A DNA stretch of 64,000 nucleotides from a virus (IMGVR_UViG_3300021066_000001), one strand, 5' to 3'; shown: positions 24,425-33,907, numbered from the stretch's first letter. The notes: generated from the letters alone by a model not told the origin. A program made the numbers and translations.

Positions 24425-26364
24425 TCTACCTCCTCCGCGCTTTCTATGTCCAGCGTCTCGACGTCGTCGTCGGTCAGCTTCAGCCACTCCTTCCGCTTGT
24501 CGGATGAGCCGTACGCCTTCGAGAAGACTAGCTCGATGACGTCGTGGTCGTCTTGGCTCCGCGCCTCGATGCGAATCAGGTGGTCGTTGATGCTCTGGAA
24601 GTACTCGGTGAACTCCTCGTCTTGCGAGGTCGCTAGCCCCTTGTAGTACTTGGAGCGGTACTTCGTGCCCTTGTGCTTCTCCTCCCACTCCTTGAAGTCC
24701 TTGATCTCATAGAAGGAGAGCGGCTTCTTGCTGTTGCCGACCCAGACCTTGACGATGGGCGTCATGAAGCGGTGGATGACACCGAGCTTGAAGAGCTCAG
24801 GCCAGAAGCGGTGGAAGTTGTTGATCAGCAGGCCCTGGATGTGGGCGCCGTCGTGGTCCGCGTCGGTCATCAAGCCGATCTTGGCGTAGCGGAGCTGGTG
24901 GATGCTCTTGACCGGCTCCCCGATCTTCAGCCCCATCGCCACCATGATGTTGAAGAACTCCTCGTTTGCGGTGATCTTGCTCACCTTGGCCGAGCTGACG
25001 TTGAGCGGCTTGCCGCGCAGCGGGAGAAAGCCCATGCGGTCACGGTCGCCAGTGCTCTTGCCCACCTTCGCAGCCGAGTCACCCTCGGTCAGGAAGAGGA
25101 TGCACTTCTGGGGGTGCTTGCCGGCCCAGTTGGCGTCCTGGAGCTTGACGATGCGGCGAGCTGGCGTCTTGTCGGCCTCCTTGTCGAGGTCCTTCAGCTG
25201 CTCGCGCTCCTTGACGAGGGTCTTCGCCTCGTGCCAGCGGATGATCGCCTGGACGATCTCGCTCTTGTGGATCTCCTTGACCATCCGATCGGACGGCGCC
25301 CAGCTCGTGCCGAACTCCTTGACCGCCGTCGTCAAGTTCTCCTTCGTCTGCGAGTTGTACCGCGGACGGTGAATGCGAGCATTGATGAAGAGGTGGAAGT
25401 GGGCGAAGATGTCAGACGGCTTGAGGTCGATCTTGTTCTTCCGCTTGATCAGCTCGCGCAGCTGGTTGGCCAGCTGGTATGCGACGTAGTCGACGTGCGT
25501 GCCGCCGATCGTCGTCTCGGTGCTGTTGACGAAGGAGACGTGCTGCAGGCCGTCCTCGCTCCGGGCGACGCCGATCTGCCAGTCCGAGTTCGCCTCGTAG
25601 ATGAAGTCCTTGCCGTAGAGGTGAATGTAGTCCTCGAAGGACTTGACCTGGATGCGCTCACCGTTGAGGAAGACCTTGAGACGCGGGTTGCATGCCGCGA
25701 CGTCGTAGACTCGCTTGACGAGCTTGGCGTAGTTGCCGTCGTCGAGCGTCACCTTGAGGTGAGCGTAATCCGGAGTGTAGGTGATCCGAGTAAAGCCCTT
25801 CGCGCCGTCCCTGATCTTGGGCTCGGTGACCTGACGCATGTTGTTCGACCAGGTCTGCTTGAAGGCCTTCTTGCCGTCACAGGTCTCGACCGTGAACTCG
25901 GTCGAGAAGATGTTGGTGAGCGACGCACCCTCCCCGTTTTGGCCGGTGAGGTCGGCCGCGGCGTCCTTGTCGTCGTCGTTGAAGTTCGAGCCTGACCGGA
26001 GGTACCCGAAGATCATCGTCGGGATGTGCTCGCCGTACTCACCGTGGATGACGACCGGGATGCCTCCGTTGTCCTCGACCGAGATCATGCCGGTCTTCCG
26101 ATCGATCTCCACCTTGACAGCGTCGAGGCGAGCACCCTCGGGGGTCTTCGAGAAGTCGACCGAGTTTGAGATGATCTCGTCGAACAGCTTGAGAAAGCCG
26201 GGCGCCCACGAGAGCTCCCTCTCGACCATCTTGCCACCCTCGACCACCCACGTCTTCGCGGTGACTGGCTCCTTGGCACCGATGTAGCGGTTCGGTCGAA
26301 GCAAGACGTGCTCGACGTCCGTCAGCTTCTGGTACTTCTTCTCGATCGAACGTTGACTTGTCAT
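24421..26364 (-). CDS. Type II DNA topoisomerase, ATPase/Toprim subunit (T4 gp39+gp60-like, GyrB family)
   Basis: GHKL ATPase N-terminus, Toprim LTEGDSAAKVGKS...D.D, 647 aa. Confidence 0.85.
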   Translation of the reverse strand: MTSQRSIEKKYQKLTDVEHVLLRPNRYIGAKEPVTAKTWVVEGGKMVERELSWAPGFLKLFDEIISNSVDFSKTPEGARLDAVKVEIDRKTGMISVEDNGGIPVVIHGEYGEHIPTMIFGYLRSGSNFNDDDKDAAADLTGQNGEGASLTNIFSTEFTVETCDGKKAFKQTWSNNMRQVTEPKIRDGAKGFTRITYTPDYAHLKVTLDDGNYAKLVKRVYDVAACNPRLKVFLNGERIQVKSFEDYIHLYGKDFIYEANSDWQIGVARSEDGLQHVSFVNSTETTIGGTHVDYVAYQLANQLRELIKRKNKIDLKPSDIFAHFHLFINARIHRPRYNSQTKENLTTAVKEFGTSWAPSDRMVKEIHKSEIVQAIIRWHEAKTLVKEREQLKDLDKEADKTPARRIVKLQDANWAGKHPQKCILFLTEGDSAAKVGKSTGDRDRMGFLPLRGKPLNVSSAKVSKITANEEFFNIMVAMGLKIGEPVKSIHQLRYAKIGLMTDADHDGAHIQGLLINNFHRFWPELFKLGVIHRFMTPIVKVWVGNSKKPLSFYEIKDFKEWEEKHKGTKYRSKYYKGLATSQDEEFTEYFQSINDHLIRIEARSQDDHDVIELVFSKAYGSSDKRKEWLKLTDDDVETLDIESAEEVE

Positions 26365-26370
26365 TTGAGC

Positions 26371-26381
26371 ATTATATCACA
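26371..26381 (-). promoter_or_regulatory. Extended -10 promoter TGTGATATAAT, 6 nt from the ATG (leaderless configuration)
   Basis: Minus-strand TGTGATATAAT-gctcaa-ATG; same 11-mer as at 24209. Confidence 0.4.
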
Positions 26382-26626
26382 TTTTTAGAGAAAAGTTATA
26401 TTCTAGTTCTAGTTATGAGCTTTTCTCAAGAGTCTGAGTGTACTTTTTAGGCGTTTTGTGTTACAATACTCATTATGGCGATACGCATCGCACCCTCTCG
26501 CAGATACGAGAGAGTCGCCCACTTGATGTCGTACACGACGTGGGTGACGCTCACCTGTCTCCACAATCCCCATCGGGCGTGGTGCCTGCTCCCCGAGATG
26601 TATCACCGTCAATACTGGGGACTCCC

Positions 26627-26827
26627 GTGTCTCTGAGGTGCTTCGCTTGCGGGAAGAAGCTAGGCAAGAACCCGACCCTCGTCGACACCCGCGACGCGCA
26701 GCTCGTCTACGTCGGAAGCGAGTGCTTGAAGCTGATCCTCGCCGCGGGCGAGGCTGGCTACCAGCCGCCGGGAATCGGGCCACGCTTGTATCCGATGAGG
26801 AAGGAAAATCCGCGCTCAGGCGACTGA
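26627..26827 (+). CDS. Small CxxC protein (66 aa, GTG start)
   Basis: VSLRCFACGKK...YVGSEC; GGGGA 7 nt upstream; lies in an otherwise non-coding gap between minus-strand genes; trimmed from ORF 26438..26827. Confidence 0.3.
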   Translation: MSLRCFACGKKLGKNPTLVDTRDAQLVYVGSECLKLILAAGEAGYQPPGIGPRLYPMRKENPRSGD

Positions 26828-26882
26828 CATGAGGCACGCTAACCGGTACCAAACGAGCGCTCGAGGTAGGTAGGTAACCACC

Positions 26883-27497
26883 TCAAATGGAGCAAAGGGA
26901 CCTCAGGCCACCAGCCGAACGGACCTTTCCCATCTGCAAGTATCTGCCGCCGCTCTTGTAGTTGCTCTGGACCCAATACTTGAGCTCGGGGTTGAGCATC
27001 GACGCGTCGATCAAGAACCATGGCCTCACCTCGCTCGCGACGAGCACCCACGCGATGATCGCGTGAAAGTCTCTCCACCGTGACATCGGAGTCACCATGC
27101 GATGCATGTCCTCCTCAGAGAATGAGAAGAATTGCCGAGGATTGCCGTTCGCGTCGTAGCGTGATTGAGCCTTGAGCTCGAGAAGGTAACCGTCGGCGCT
27201 CACGTCCCAAAAGTACTGGCCGCTCTCCTTCTCGACGTTCCAAACGACGTGCATTCCAGCTCGCTCAAGGCGACGCACGATCGCGAGCTCGCCGAGCTTC
27301 CCGTGAATGCAATCCTCGCGCACCTTCTCGAACGTGCGCCCGCGGGCCGCCTCTGGGCTCGAGAAGATCTTCTCAGCCATCTGGTCGATCCTGATCGCAG
27401 TTTGCGGAGAGAGCCAGATGCTCTCTAAGTCAATCGGGGTTGAGAGCTCACGAACGAGCCAGCGAGCGATCGTTGAGTCGAGGGTGATCTCGTTCAC
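26883..27497 (-). CDS. Hypothetical protein with a possible PD-(D/E)xK nuclease motif
   Basis: ...GKLGELAI...FWDVSADGYLLELKAQ (D-x(n)-E-x-K arrangement). Confidence 0.35.
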   Translation of the reverse strand: MNEITLDSTIARWLVRELSTPIDLESIWLSPQTAIRIDQMAEKIFSSPEAARGRTFEKVREDCIHGKLGELAIVRRLERAGMHVVWNVEKESGQYFWDVSADGYLLELKAQSRYDANGNPRQFFSFSEEDMHRMVTPMSRWRDFHAIIAWVLVASEVRPWFLIDASMLNPELKYWVQSNYKSGGRYLQMGKVRSAGGLRSLCSI

Positions 27498-27654
27498 CAG
27501 GTGGGAATCTTTGACCTGAGGTAGGTAGTTCGTTGAGCGCCGCTCTTTCTCGCGGCTTGCTCGAGGATGCGCATGACGCGATCATGTGACAGCTCTGGAC
27601 GGAGCTGATCACCGTGAGGATAGCGCAGCTTGTTGTACCACGAGATCATCCAGC

Positions 27655-27939
27655 TCATACGATTTCTCCGGAGAGATGCTTGAATGCGTCTCTAAAGCTC
27701 AAGAAGCGAGGTACCTGCAGCACGTCCATCTTCTTGTTGAACGTGTCAACGAGGTGAAACGTCCAGGGAATGAGATAACCTGTCGTCTTTCTCCACTTCG
27801 CGTTCGTCCACGAGCGCTCTTGAAGCGAGTTGACGGCCTTGGGAGTGTCACCCTCGGCCCAGTCGTACTCGACGTGGTTGTGCTCCCAGCGCCCCTTCTC
27901 GTTGAGGCGCTCCCAGCACGTGGCGAATTCCCAGGTCAC
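27655..27939 (-). CDS. Hypothetical Trp-rich protein
   Basis: ORF track. Confidence 0.45.
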   Translation of the reverse strand: MTWEFATCWERLNEKGRWEHNHVEYDWAEGDTPKAVNSLQERSWTNAKWRKTTGYLIPWTFHLVDTFNKKMDVLQVPRFLSFRDAFKHLSGEIV

Positions 27940-27940
27940 T

Positions 27941-28156
27941 CTAGCTCTTGTGAAAAATTGAAGTGATCCTCTGCCAGAGGGTGGGCTTCACCTGGTAGTG
28001 ATGCTTGACGAAGTCCTTGATCCCGTCCCACGCCCGGCAGACGTTCTCTTGATCTCCGTAGTGAGCCGTGCGATAAGCCTGACAGCGCTCGTAGAACTCT
28101 CGGGACTCGAGCGGGTCTTCACCCTTGGCTACCGGAAAAACTTCTCGGTAGGTCAT
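27941..28156 (-). CDS. Hypothetical small protein (71 aa)
   Basis: Trimmed to the ATG overlapping the upstream stop (ATGA). Confidence 0.4.
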   Translation of the reverse strand: MTYREVFPVAKGEDPLESREFYERCQAYRTAHYGDQENVCRAWDGIKDFVKHHYQVKPTLWQRITSIFHKS

Positions 28157-28761
28157 CGTGCTAGCGGGCAAGCCTTGACGGCTGTCATCAACTCGTGCTC
28201 GATCGAGCCCGGCAGATAGGCGCGGCGCACGACGATGTCGCCCTCTTCGGCGCCTGGAACTTCGCCAGCGAAAGCTGGCGCACCGAGGTAGAAGAGCGCC
28301 GTCTTGGACGTGCTCTTGAAGGGCCACGCCGCTTGAAAGTCCGCGCCGTTCGTCACGGCGTTGTTCGCCGTGCGATAGTCAACGACGTCGAAGAGCTCCT
28401 CGGGTAGCACGAGACCGACCCCGGTTTGGAGCCCCTTGAGCGCCGCTTCGCTCTCGTTGAAGGTGCCCCACGGCAAGCAAAGCTGCTCGCCTGCGCGCGA
28501 GATGACGTCGGTGAGCTTGTCGAGGTTCTCGGCGTAGCCAGCGCTGCACACGATCATCGTCTCGTGCTTCGCCATCCACTCGCGGAGAACGTTGCCGCGC
28601 TTGGCCTCAGGATCCCCAGAGCGATGTTCCGCGGTCATCGGTCGGAGGTACTTGTAGATCGTGCGATGTACGACGTGCGCCGACTGGATGCCACCGTGGA
28701 TCGGGCCACCCATGCCGCCGGTGTACATGTTAATGAAAGTGTAGAAGCGAAGTGCCGTCAT
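28153..28761 (-). CDS. Hypothetical protein
   Basis: ORF track. Confidence 0.5.
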   Translation of the reverse strand: MTALRFYTFINMYTGGMGGPIHGGIQSAHVVHRTIYKYLRPMTAEHRSGDPEAKRGNVLREWMAKHETMIVCSAGYAENLDKLTDVISRAGEQLCLPWGTFNESEAALKGLQTGVGLVLPEELFDVVDYRTANNAVTNGADFQAAWPFKSTSKTALFYLGAPAFAGEVPGAEEGDIVVRRAYLPGSIEHELMTAVKACPLAR

Positions 28762-29285
28762 GTCACCTCTCTGCTGGCGAAGGTCTTGGAGAATCTCTCG
28801 TAGATGCGAGAGAAGATTTTATCATGAGTGTGCGAGACGAAGAAGGCATGCTCGGCGATGAGTTTCACGAGCTCGTCAGCCGTGTTCTCGTCTTTGCTAG
28901 TTGGATCCATCTTGTAAACGATGCCAGCCGCGATCGTTGAATAAACGCCGGTCTTGTAGCTCCGCTTGGCGGCATGCTCCGAGATCATGTAGACGTACAA
29001 CCCACGACCGGTGTTCCTGCCAAAGAAGCTCATGTTCTTGGTGATGATCCGAAACGATCCAAACCTGACGTCGGCGTCGCCGCTGATTGAACCGATCACC
29101 GGATGGAAATGGTCGCTCGAGGAGAGCGTCGCGTAAGCTCTCGCGTTCTCGAGAAAGACGGCAGGCTCAAAGTCATTGAACCGCGCCGAAGTGCCGCAAA
29201 ACCCGTCGAACGACGGTGCCCCGTCCACCACGCTTCCATCGGCGAAGATCATGAGACGACGGGTGCTCATCGGCACTCCGAGCAA
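28758..29285 (-). CDS. Hypothetical protein
   Basis: ORF track. Confidence 0.5.
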   Translation of the reverse strand: MLGVPMSTRRLMIFADGSVVDGAPSFDGFCGTSARFNDFEPAVFLENARAYATLSSSDHFHPVIGSISGDADVRFGSFRIITKNMSFFGRNTGRGLYVYMISEHAAKRSYKTGVYSTIAAGIVYKMDPTSKDENTADELVKLIAEHAFFVSHTHDKIFSRIYERFSKTFASREVT

Positions 29286-29560
29286 CCGGCCGAGGCCTCG
29301 CCGTCGTGGTAACCGTCCCGGTTCGCGTCAGAGACGCGCTCGTCGATGTAGTCGTCCAGGGTCATCGGTGCGTAGTTGAGGCCGAACGAGTAGTTCGCCG
29401 CCGCGGCCTTCTTCTTCGCCGCCTCGAGAGCCGTCTCAGCGGCTTTCTTCGAGACGTACACTTCGGAGCCCAGGCGTGACACGTGGCCGTACTTGCCGCC
29501 GCCTGCGGCTAGCACGTAGAGCTCCGTGTCCTTGAATTCCGTCCTTTCGGTGACCTTCAT
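29267..29560 (-). CDS. Hypothetical protein
   Basis: ORF track; GGAGG SD; TTGAGTTAAAAT promoter-like motif 25 nt upstream. Confidence 0.5.
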   Translation of the reverse strand: MKVTERTEFKDTELYVLAAGGGKYGHVSRLGSEVYVSKKAAETALEAAKKKAAAANYSFGLNYAPMTLDDYIDERVSDANRDGYHDGEASAGCSECR

Positions 29561-29600
29561 AGCGCCTCCACTAGAAGTTGAGACATTTTAACTCAATTCG

Positions 29601-29888
29601 TCACAAAAAGATACAGCATGAAGAGACAGAATGGAACGCTGAAGAAGATGAACCCGAGAATCGCAAGACCTGGAAGGGCCTCGAGGAGAGTGACATCTCC
29701 GTAGTCGCGGTGCTCCTCGGCGCGAGCTCCAGGGTTGTAGTTGGGATCAAGCTCGAGGATCGGTTTCCGCCGAGCGCGTAGTAGATCTTGAGCTGCTCGG
29801 GAGAGAGCTCCTCAGGGTGGATGAGATTGAGGGTGCCGGTGATCGTCTCACCGGGCGGAGAGCTCGGTGAGCGGTGAGGAGGCGGCAT
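29601..29888 (-). CDS. Hypothetical protein, possibly frameshifted (see findings)
   Basis: N-terminal half looks protein-like (..EQLKIYYALGG); the C-terminal half is low-complexity, while the -1 frame encodes a convincing TM tail. Confidence 0.25.
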   Translation of the reverse strand: MPPPHRSPSSPPGETITGTLNLIHPEELSPEQLKIYYALGGNRSSSLIPTTTLELAPRSTATTEMSLSSRPFQVLRFSGSSSSAFHSVSSCCIFL

Positions 29889-30031
29889 CAGTGATCTCCC
29901 GGACCGATGCCGTGGCCGAGGCTGATGTCGATCTCGTGGCGGCGGTAGAGCCAATCTCGAAACCACTCGATGAGGACCAACCCGAGCACCGGAACGACGA
30001 CGAAGGCGAGATAGATGAGAAGGTCGATCAT
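29888..30031 (-). CDS. Small membrane protein (47 aa); absent from the ORF track
   Basis: MIDLLIYLAFVVVPVLGLVLIEWF...; ATG overlaps the upstream stop (ATGA). Confidence 0.4.
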   Translation of the reverse strand: MIDLLIYLAFVVVPVLGLVLIEWFRDWLYRRHEIDISLGHGIGPGDH

Positions 30032-30744
30032 GGCTTGAAGGAGAGCCGGGTCAACCCGCCAGAGACCCGGTCGATCTTGAGCTGCTCCCGCTTGAGCTTT
30101 CCGAGGTAGATGGGCGTGCCGGTGTCGTAGTCGAAGATGAGATAAGACTTCTTCCCGACCGGTCCGTGCTCGAGAAGATCGTCAAGGTATCGCTCCTCTG
30201 ACCGACGGTAGGCCGCAGGGTACGCCGCTCTAAGCTCCTCCAGCTTTTTCTTTGATATGTTCGCAAAGTGTTGAGGGAGGCTAACGCGACCAGCTCGATC
30301 TGCTCTCTCGAAGAGCTTGAGAGTCCTGTAGAAGTACTTAAGAGACGCAGGCACCTCATCAATTCCAAGCATGAACGAGTGGTAGCGTTGTCCAGAGCGC
30401 CGAGCGCATTTAATCTCCAGAACAGGCTTCCCTCCGATAACGACATCATGATTGGACGAGGAGCCTCCGAGCTCGACGTCGTCGAAGATAAACCAGACGA
30501 GAACCTCTCCGCGCCCGAGACGGGTACCGAGACCCTTGACGTGGCCGTGGGTGTCGAAGAGGCGGCGTGCGAAGCCGGGATACGCTGCGACGAAGTTGAG
30601 GAGCCCCGAGAGAAGATTGTTCTCGGTGAGGGACGCCACGGTATGCTCGAGGGGCGACTCGTCTCCCCCGTTGCGCTTGGCGAGGTACTTTCCGCGAAGG
30701 AGTTGCTTGGACGGACGCTCATCTAGTGCTCTTTTTCTTGTCAT
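30028..30744 (-). CDS. Hypothetical protein
   Basis: ORF track. Confidence 0.5.
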   Translation of the reverse strand: MTRKRALDERPSKQLLRGKYLAKRNGGDESPLEHTVASLTENNLLSGLLNFVAAYPGFARRLFDTHGHVKGLGTRLGRGEVLVWFIFDDVELGGSSSNHDVVIGGKPVLEIKCARRSGQRYHSFMLGIDEVPASLKYFYRTLKLFERADRAGRVSLPQHFANISKKKLEELRAAYPAAYRRSEERYLDDLLEHGPVGKKSYLIFDYDTGTPIYLGKLKREQLKIDRVSGGLTRLSFKP

Positions 30745-31030
30745 TCCGAGCTATCTTATCCTCGCGCTCGGCTGCTAGGAATTTTGCCTTAGCGACGATC
30801 TCTCTAGATGATACCTCTAGAGCTCCGTTCTCGATCGCGACGGCGCGACGCTTTTCGGTCAAGTCGTAGTGCGGATACCTCGTATTTTGAAAGCTACCTC
30901 GGCTGAGGCCGACAGTTTCGGCCATCTGGTGGAGCTCCTCGAGGGTGTCAGCGACCAGGTGGCAGTAGTTGGGAGAGCGCGGCGTCGCTCCGGGCTTTCG
31001 CCAGGTCGCCTTGTCGACGTAGGCGGCCAC
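30719..31030 (-). CDS. DUF4031-family protein
   Basis: MAAYVDKATW...CHLVADTLEELHQMAETVGLSRGSFQ...PHYDL matches the DUF4031 signature. Confidence 0.6.
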   Translation of the reverse strand: MAAYVDKATWRKPGATPRSPNYCHLVADTLEELHQMAETVGLSRGSFQNTRYPHYDLTEKRRAVAIENGALEVSSREIVAKAKFLAAEREDKIARNDKKKSTR

Positions 31031-31032
31031 AG

Positions 31033-31467
31033 TCAGCTCATCAAGCTCTTCACCATGGTGAAAAACATGGCGAAGACGATAGAAGCAAGCAAGGAGATCG
31101 GAAGCAACAAAATGAGATAGAAGCCGAAGTTATCACGAAGCTTGAGCTCAGGAACCGGCTCCCAATCCAGAAGCCGCTGGAGCGCAGGCTTGCGCTCACG
31201 CTTGAGGTTGAGGTACTCGTCGAAGCGCTCATTCGCGTCGAGTAAGATGCCGTCGATGTCGTCGAGCATGCTCGCGTCGATGGTCTTGCGCTCCTCAGGC
31301 TCTCGTCCGGTCAGCAGCTTGTAGAGGCGCTTCTCTTCGTCGGTGAGATTACTCCCGCTCGAGACAGGCTCAGGCGGTAGATTCGTAGAGGGTGGGGGCG
31401 GAGGGTGCGGCGAGAGAATCCCCGCTCTAGCGCGCCGACGGCGCCTTCGTCTAGTCCGCAGGCTCAC
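31033..31467 (-). CDS. Hypothetical membrane-anchored protein (Pro-rich N-terminus, C-terminal TM)
   Basis: ORF track. Confidence 0.45.
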   Translation of the reverse strand: MSLRTRRRRRRRARAGILSPHPPPPPSTNLPPEPVSSGSNLTDEEKRLYKLLTGREPEERKTIDASMLDDIDGILLDANERFDEYLNLKRERKPALQRLLDWEPVPELKLRDNFGFYLILLLPISLLASIVFAMFFTMVKSLMS

Positions 31468-31516
31468 GTTCAGTCAGCGCCTTGTAGCCAAAACTTTCCC
31501 TTGCGCTCGACGATCG

Positions 31517-32380
31517 TCACTTCGAGATCTGGATCGGCGTCGCGGCGCCGTTAACGATCACGCATGAGGCCTTGTCGCGGCACGCGGCCGCGAAGATCTT
31601 CGCCTTCTCTAGCTCGATGAACTGGGTGGTGTCCATCCGCATCGCCTCGCGGTAAGCGTTGTCGGCCTTGGCGCGCGAGGCCTCGGCGGCGCTCCGAGCG
31701 TCCTCGGCCTTCTTGCGCTCGTCCTCGGACTTTTTGCGCTGCTGTTGAGCGGCGGTCCGATCCATCTCGTCGACGACCGGCTGGTTCGGACGTCCGCGGC
31801 CGATGCTCATGTCGCGAATCGTCACCTTGAGTCCCGACTCAGCGATCACCTTCGCGAAGGTCTCGCGAACGCTCCGTTCCATCTCGTCGCTGGTCTTGTT
31901 ATCGGTCATCAAGGGGGTCATCTGGTACCTCTTCGCCTCGTTGCGAACGATCGTCCGGTATGGCTCCTTGAGGTTGTGGTCGTACCACTTCGTCCAGCCG
32001 AACTTTTGGACGTTGTACGCCGCATCATGCCACTGGAGGACGATGTAGGTATTGAAGTCAAGGAAGTTGTTGTCCGCGGTCACCAGATCGTCTAACGGCT
32101 CGTCGTACCGAATCGGCGTCGTCTCGACGTTCAGGCCAACGGTTGAGAACCAGTACCAACCTGTGCCAGGCTGCTGCGTCTGGGTGCGCGCGCCACCCTG
32201 GCCGCCGAACCACGGCTTGTCGATCAATACCGTCTCGTGCCCCGGCGGGGTCTCGATCCGGTGCCACCCGAACTTGCTCAGCCAGATGAGGATCGAGAGG
32301 ACGATCAGCACGTGCAGAAAGATCTTTCCGACGTGCAGGTGGAAGTTGTCGCGCTCGTCGTAGCTGTAATACTTGAACAT
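31517..32380 (-). CDS. SPFH/band-7 (prohibitin/stomatin-like) domain membrane protein
   Basis: N-terminal TM helix, central band-7-like region, Ala/Glu/Lys-rich coiled-coil tail. Confidence 0.55.
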   Translation of the reverse strand: MFKYYSYDERDNFHLHVGKIFLHVLIVLSILIWLSKFGWHRIETPPGHETVLIDKPWFGGQGGARTQTQQPGTGWYWFSTVGLNVETTPIRYDEPLDDLVTADNNFLDFNTYIVLQWHDAAYNVQKFGWTKWYDHNLKEPYRTIVRNEAKRYQMTPLMTDNKTSDEMERSVRETFAKVIAESGLKVTIRDMSIGRGRPNQPVVDEMDRTAAQQQRKKSEDERKKAEDARSAAEASRAKADNAYREAMRMDTTQFIELEKAKIFAAACRDKASCVIVNGAATPIQISK

Positions 32381-32390
32381 GTTCTCTCCC

Positions 32391-32846
32391 TTAACAGTAA
32401 GCTTCGGCTTCGCTGCGAGTGTGAAAGAAGTGGATGCCAGACGTGCACTCGAGCAGCGACACGCCGAACCTGAATCTCGGCTTCACGGTCGCGCCAAGCC
32501 GATAGATGAACCTTGAATTGTAACGAGAGCGCGCCTTCTTGAATGACTTTGGACGTCGCTTGCCTCGGCCGCTCAGCTCACGAATTCCCACGACCTGAGC
32601 TCGCGAGGCGCGACACTTGCCGAACTCGACAGCTCTAGGATCACGCTTGAACCACCCGTACGGAGCCTTGACGATCGCACCGGCCGGGAGGATCAGCGTG
32701 ACGATGACGCGCATAGAGTCATCCATGCTGTAAGCGGTCTTGTAGACTCGCCGCGATCGGTCGAGCCTCATCAAGACATCCACGTCAGGGCTAGTTCGCG
32801 CCCACGGCGGGTGAAGCCTCTTCTTCTCGTGCGGCAGAAGTTTCAT
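32391..32846 (-). CDS. Hypothetical basic protein, member of a tandem paralog pair (GKCRA...GIHF motif)
   Basis: Start trimmed to the ATG just after the upstream stop; shares FGKCRA.RAQVV.I...F.Y..G......F.....C..GIHFFHTRSEA with 32848..33291. Confidence 0.5.
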   Translation of the reverse strand: MKLLPHEKKRLHPPWARTSPDVDVLMRLDRSRRVYKTAYSMDDSMRVIVTLILPAGAIVKAPYGWFKRDPRAVEFGKCRASRAQVVGIRELSGRGKRRPKSFKKARSRYNSRFIYRLGATVKPRFRFGVSLLECTSGIHFFHTRSEAEAYC

Positions 32847-32847
32847 G

Positions 32848-33291
32848 TCAGTGGTTGAACGCTTCTCTCTTCGTGCGGTAAAAGTGAATGCCGTTGCCGC
32901 AAGTTGAGAAGGTCTCTTCGAAGTAACCTCTCGGCCTGGCGATCTTTCCCTTGTAGTACCTGAACTCATCGTCCCACTGTGAGCGCGCTGTCGCCACGCT
33001 CTGTCCAAATTGCGGCTTCACGCCGTGAGTCCCCCAGCTCTTGAACACGTGAATCGCCACGACCTTCGCTTGTTCGGCTCGGCACTTGCCATATCCGCGC
33101 GGAGTTCGATAGAGAAGCCCCGCGTAGCACTTCACCCGTGTTCCTTTCGGAATCCAGAGAGTTGCGATTCCTGGCATCTCTCCATGATCCTTCACGAAGA
33201 CCCTCACCTTCTTGTACGCGTAAAATCCCCGCTTGGTCGTCGTGAGAACATCACGCTCGTACGTATCGAATCGTACCCACCTATCGCTCAT
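32848..33291 (-). CDS. Hypothetical basic protein, member of a tandem paralog pair (GKCRA...GIHF motif)
   Basis: YGKCRAEQAKVVAIHVF...CGNGIHFYRTKREA. Confidence 0.5.
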   Translation of the reverse strand: MSDRWVRFDTYERDVLTTTKRGFYAYKKVRVFVKDHGEMPGIATLWIPKGTRVKCYAGLLYRTPRGYGKCRAEQAKVVAIHVFKSWGTHGVKPQFGQSVATARSQWDDEFRYYKGKIARPRGYFEETFSTCGNGIHFYRTKREAFNH

Positions 33292-33854
33292 CCAGTGATC
33301 ACCGTCATGACGTGGTCGAAGCCCTCGCTCTTCGAGGGAGCCAGATAGCTCTTGTTCATGTTCTCGAGGACGTCGTCTGGCACGGACTTCCCGTCCTGGA
33401 GCTTGCGCGTCTCGAGACGCGCGCGGCGGATGTCCTCCGGGAGCTCGAACGCCAGGCCGAGCTTGAAGTAGTTGCGCGGCGCACGAGCGAGCGTCTTGTT
33501 ACGCGCCTTGGGCGTCAGGTTCGTGCGGTCAACGATCAGGTTGAAGCCGCCGGCGAACGCGTCGCCGATGTCGCGCTTGAACTGAAGCTCGAGCGCTTTG
33601 AAGTTGAGGCGACGGTACGCGGCGTCGTAAGAGACATTGTTCTCTCGCGCGTACTTCTCGACGAGCTCGTCCGTCGACGCGACGATGAAGTCGACCTTGA
33701 GCTCCTCGGCGAAGCGTTGCTGGAGAAGCTTGAGGAAGGTCGACTTGCCGCTGCCAGGAGTTCCAGACGCGACGATGCACCACGGCGCATCTGGCTGTGA
33801 TTGACGCAACCAGATCAAGTGTTGAACCGCCGCGTTTGACGTGTTACGCATCAT
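33288..33854 (-). CDS. P-loop kinase, polynucleotide-kinase (T4 Pnk kinase domain / AAA_33)-like
   Basis: Walker A IVASGTPGSGKSTF, DRTNLTPKARN (like Pnk DTNLNPERR). Start moved to the internal ATG-ATG (33854) that sits 8 nt after an extended -10 GGTGATACAAT. Confidence 0.6.
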   Translation of the reverse strand: MMRNTSNAAVQHLIWLRQSQPDAPWCIVASGTPGSGKSTFLKLLQQRFAEELKVDFIVASTDELVEKYARENNVSYDAAYRRLNFKALELQFKRDIGDAFAGGFNLIVDRTNLTPKARNKTLARAPRNYFKLGLAFELPEDIRRARLETRKLQDGKSVPDDVLENMNKSYLAPSKSEGFDHVMTVITG

Positions 33855-33862
33855 GTCAGGAG

Positions 33863-33873
33863 ATTGTATCACC
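33863..33873 (-). promoter_or_regulatory. Extended -10 promoter GGTGATACAAT (leaderless configuration)
   Basis: Minus-strand GGTGATACAAT-ctcctgac-ATGATG. Confidence 0.35.
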
Positions 33874-33907
33874 GGCGCGTTCGCGAGTAAACTGCGAAGA
33901 TGTAACA

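Noticed and set aside
22901-25995. Long plus-strand ORFs (22901..23977, 24673..25995) opposite the topoisomerase genes
   Set aside because: Low-complexity Leu/Arg/Asp-rich; opposite strongly conserved topoisomerase frames.
33288-33854. Interpreting the P-loop kinase as a 5-hmdU DNA kinase of a thymidine hypermodification pathway
   Set aside because: Motifs fit generic Pnk-type kinases equally well, and the RNA ligase present in the window favours an RNA-repair role; undecidable from sequence alone.
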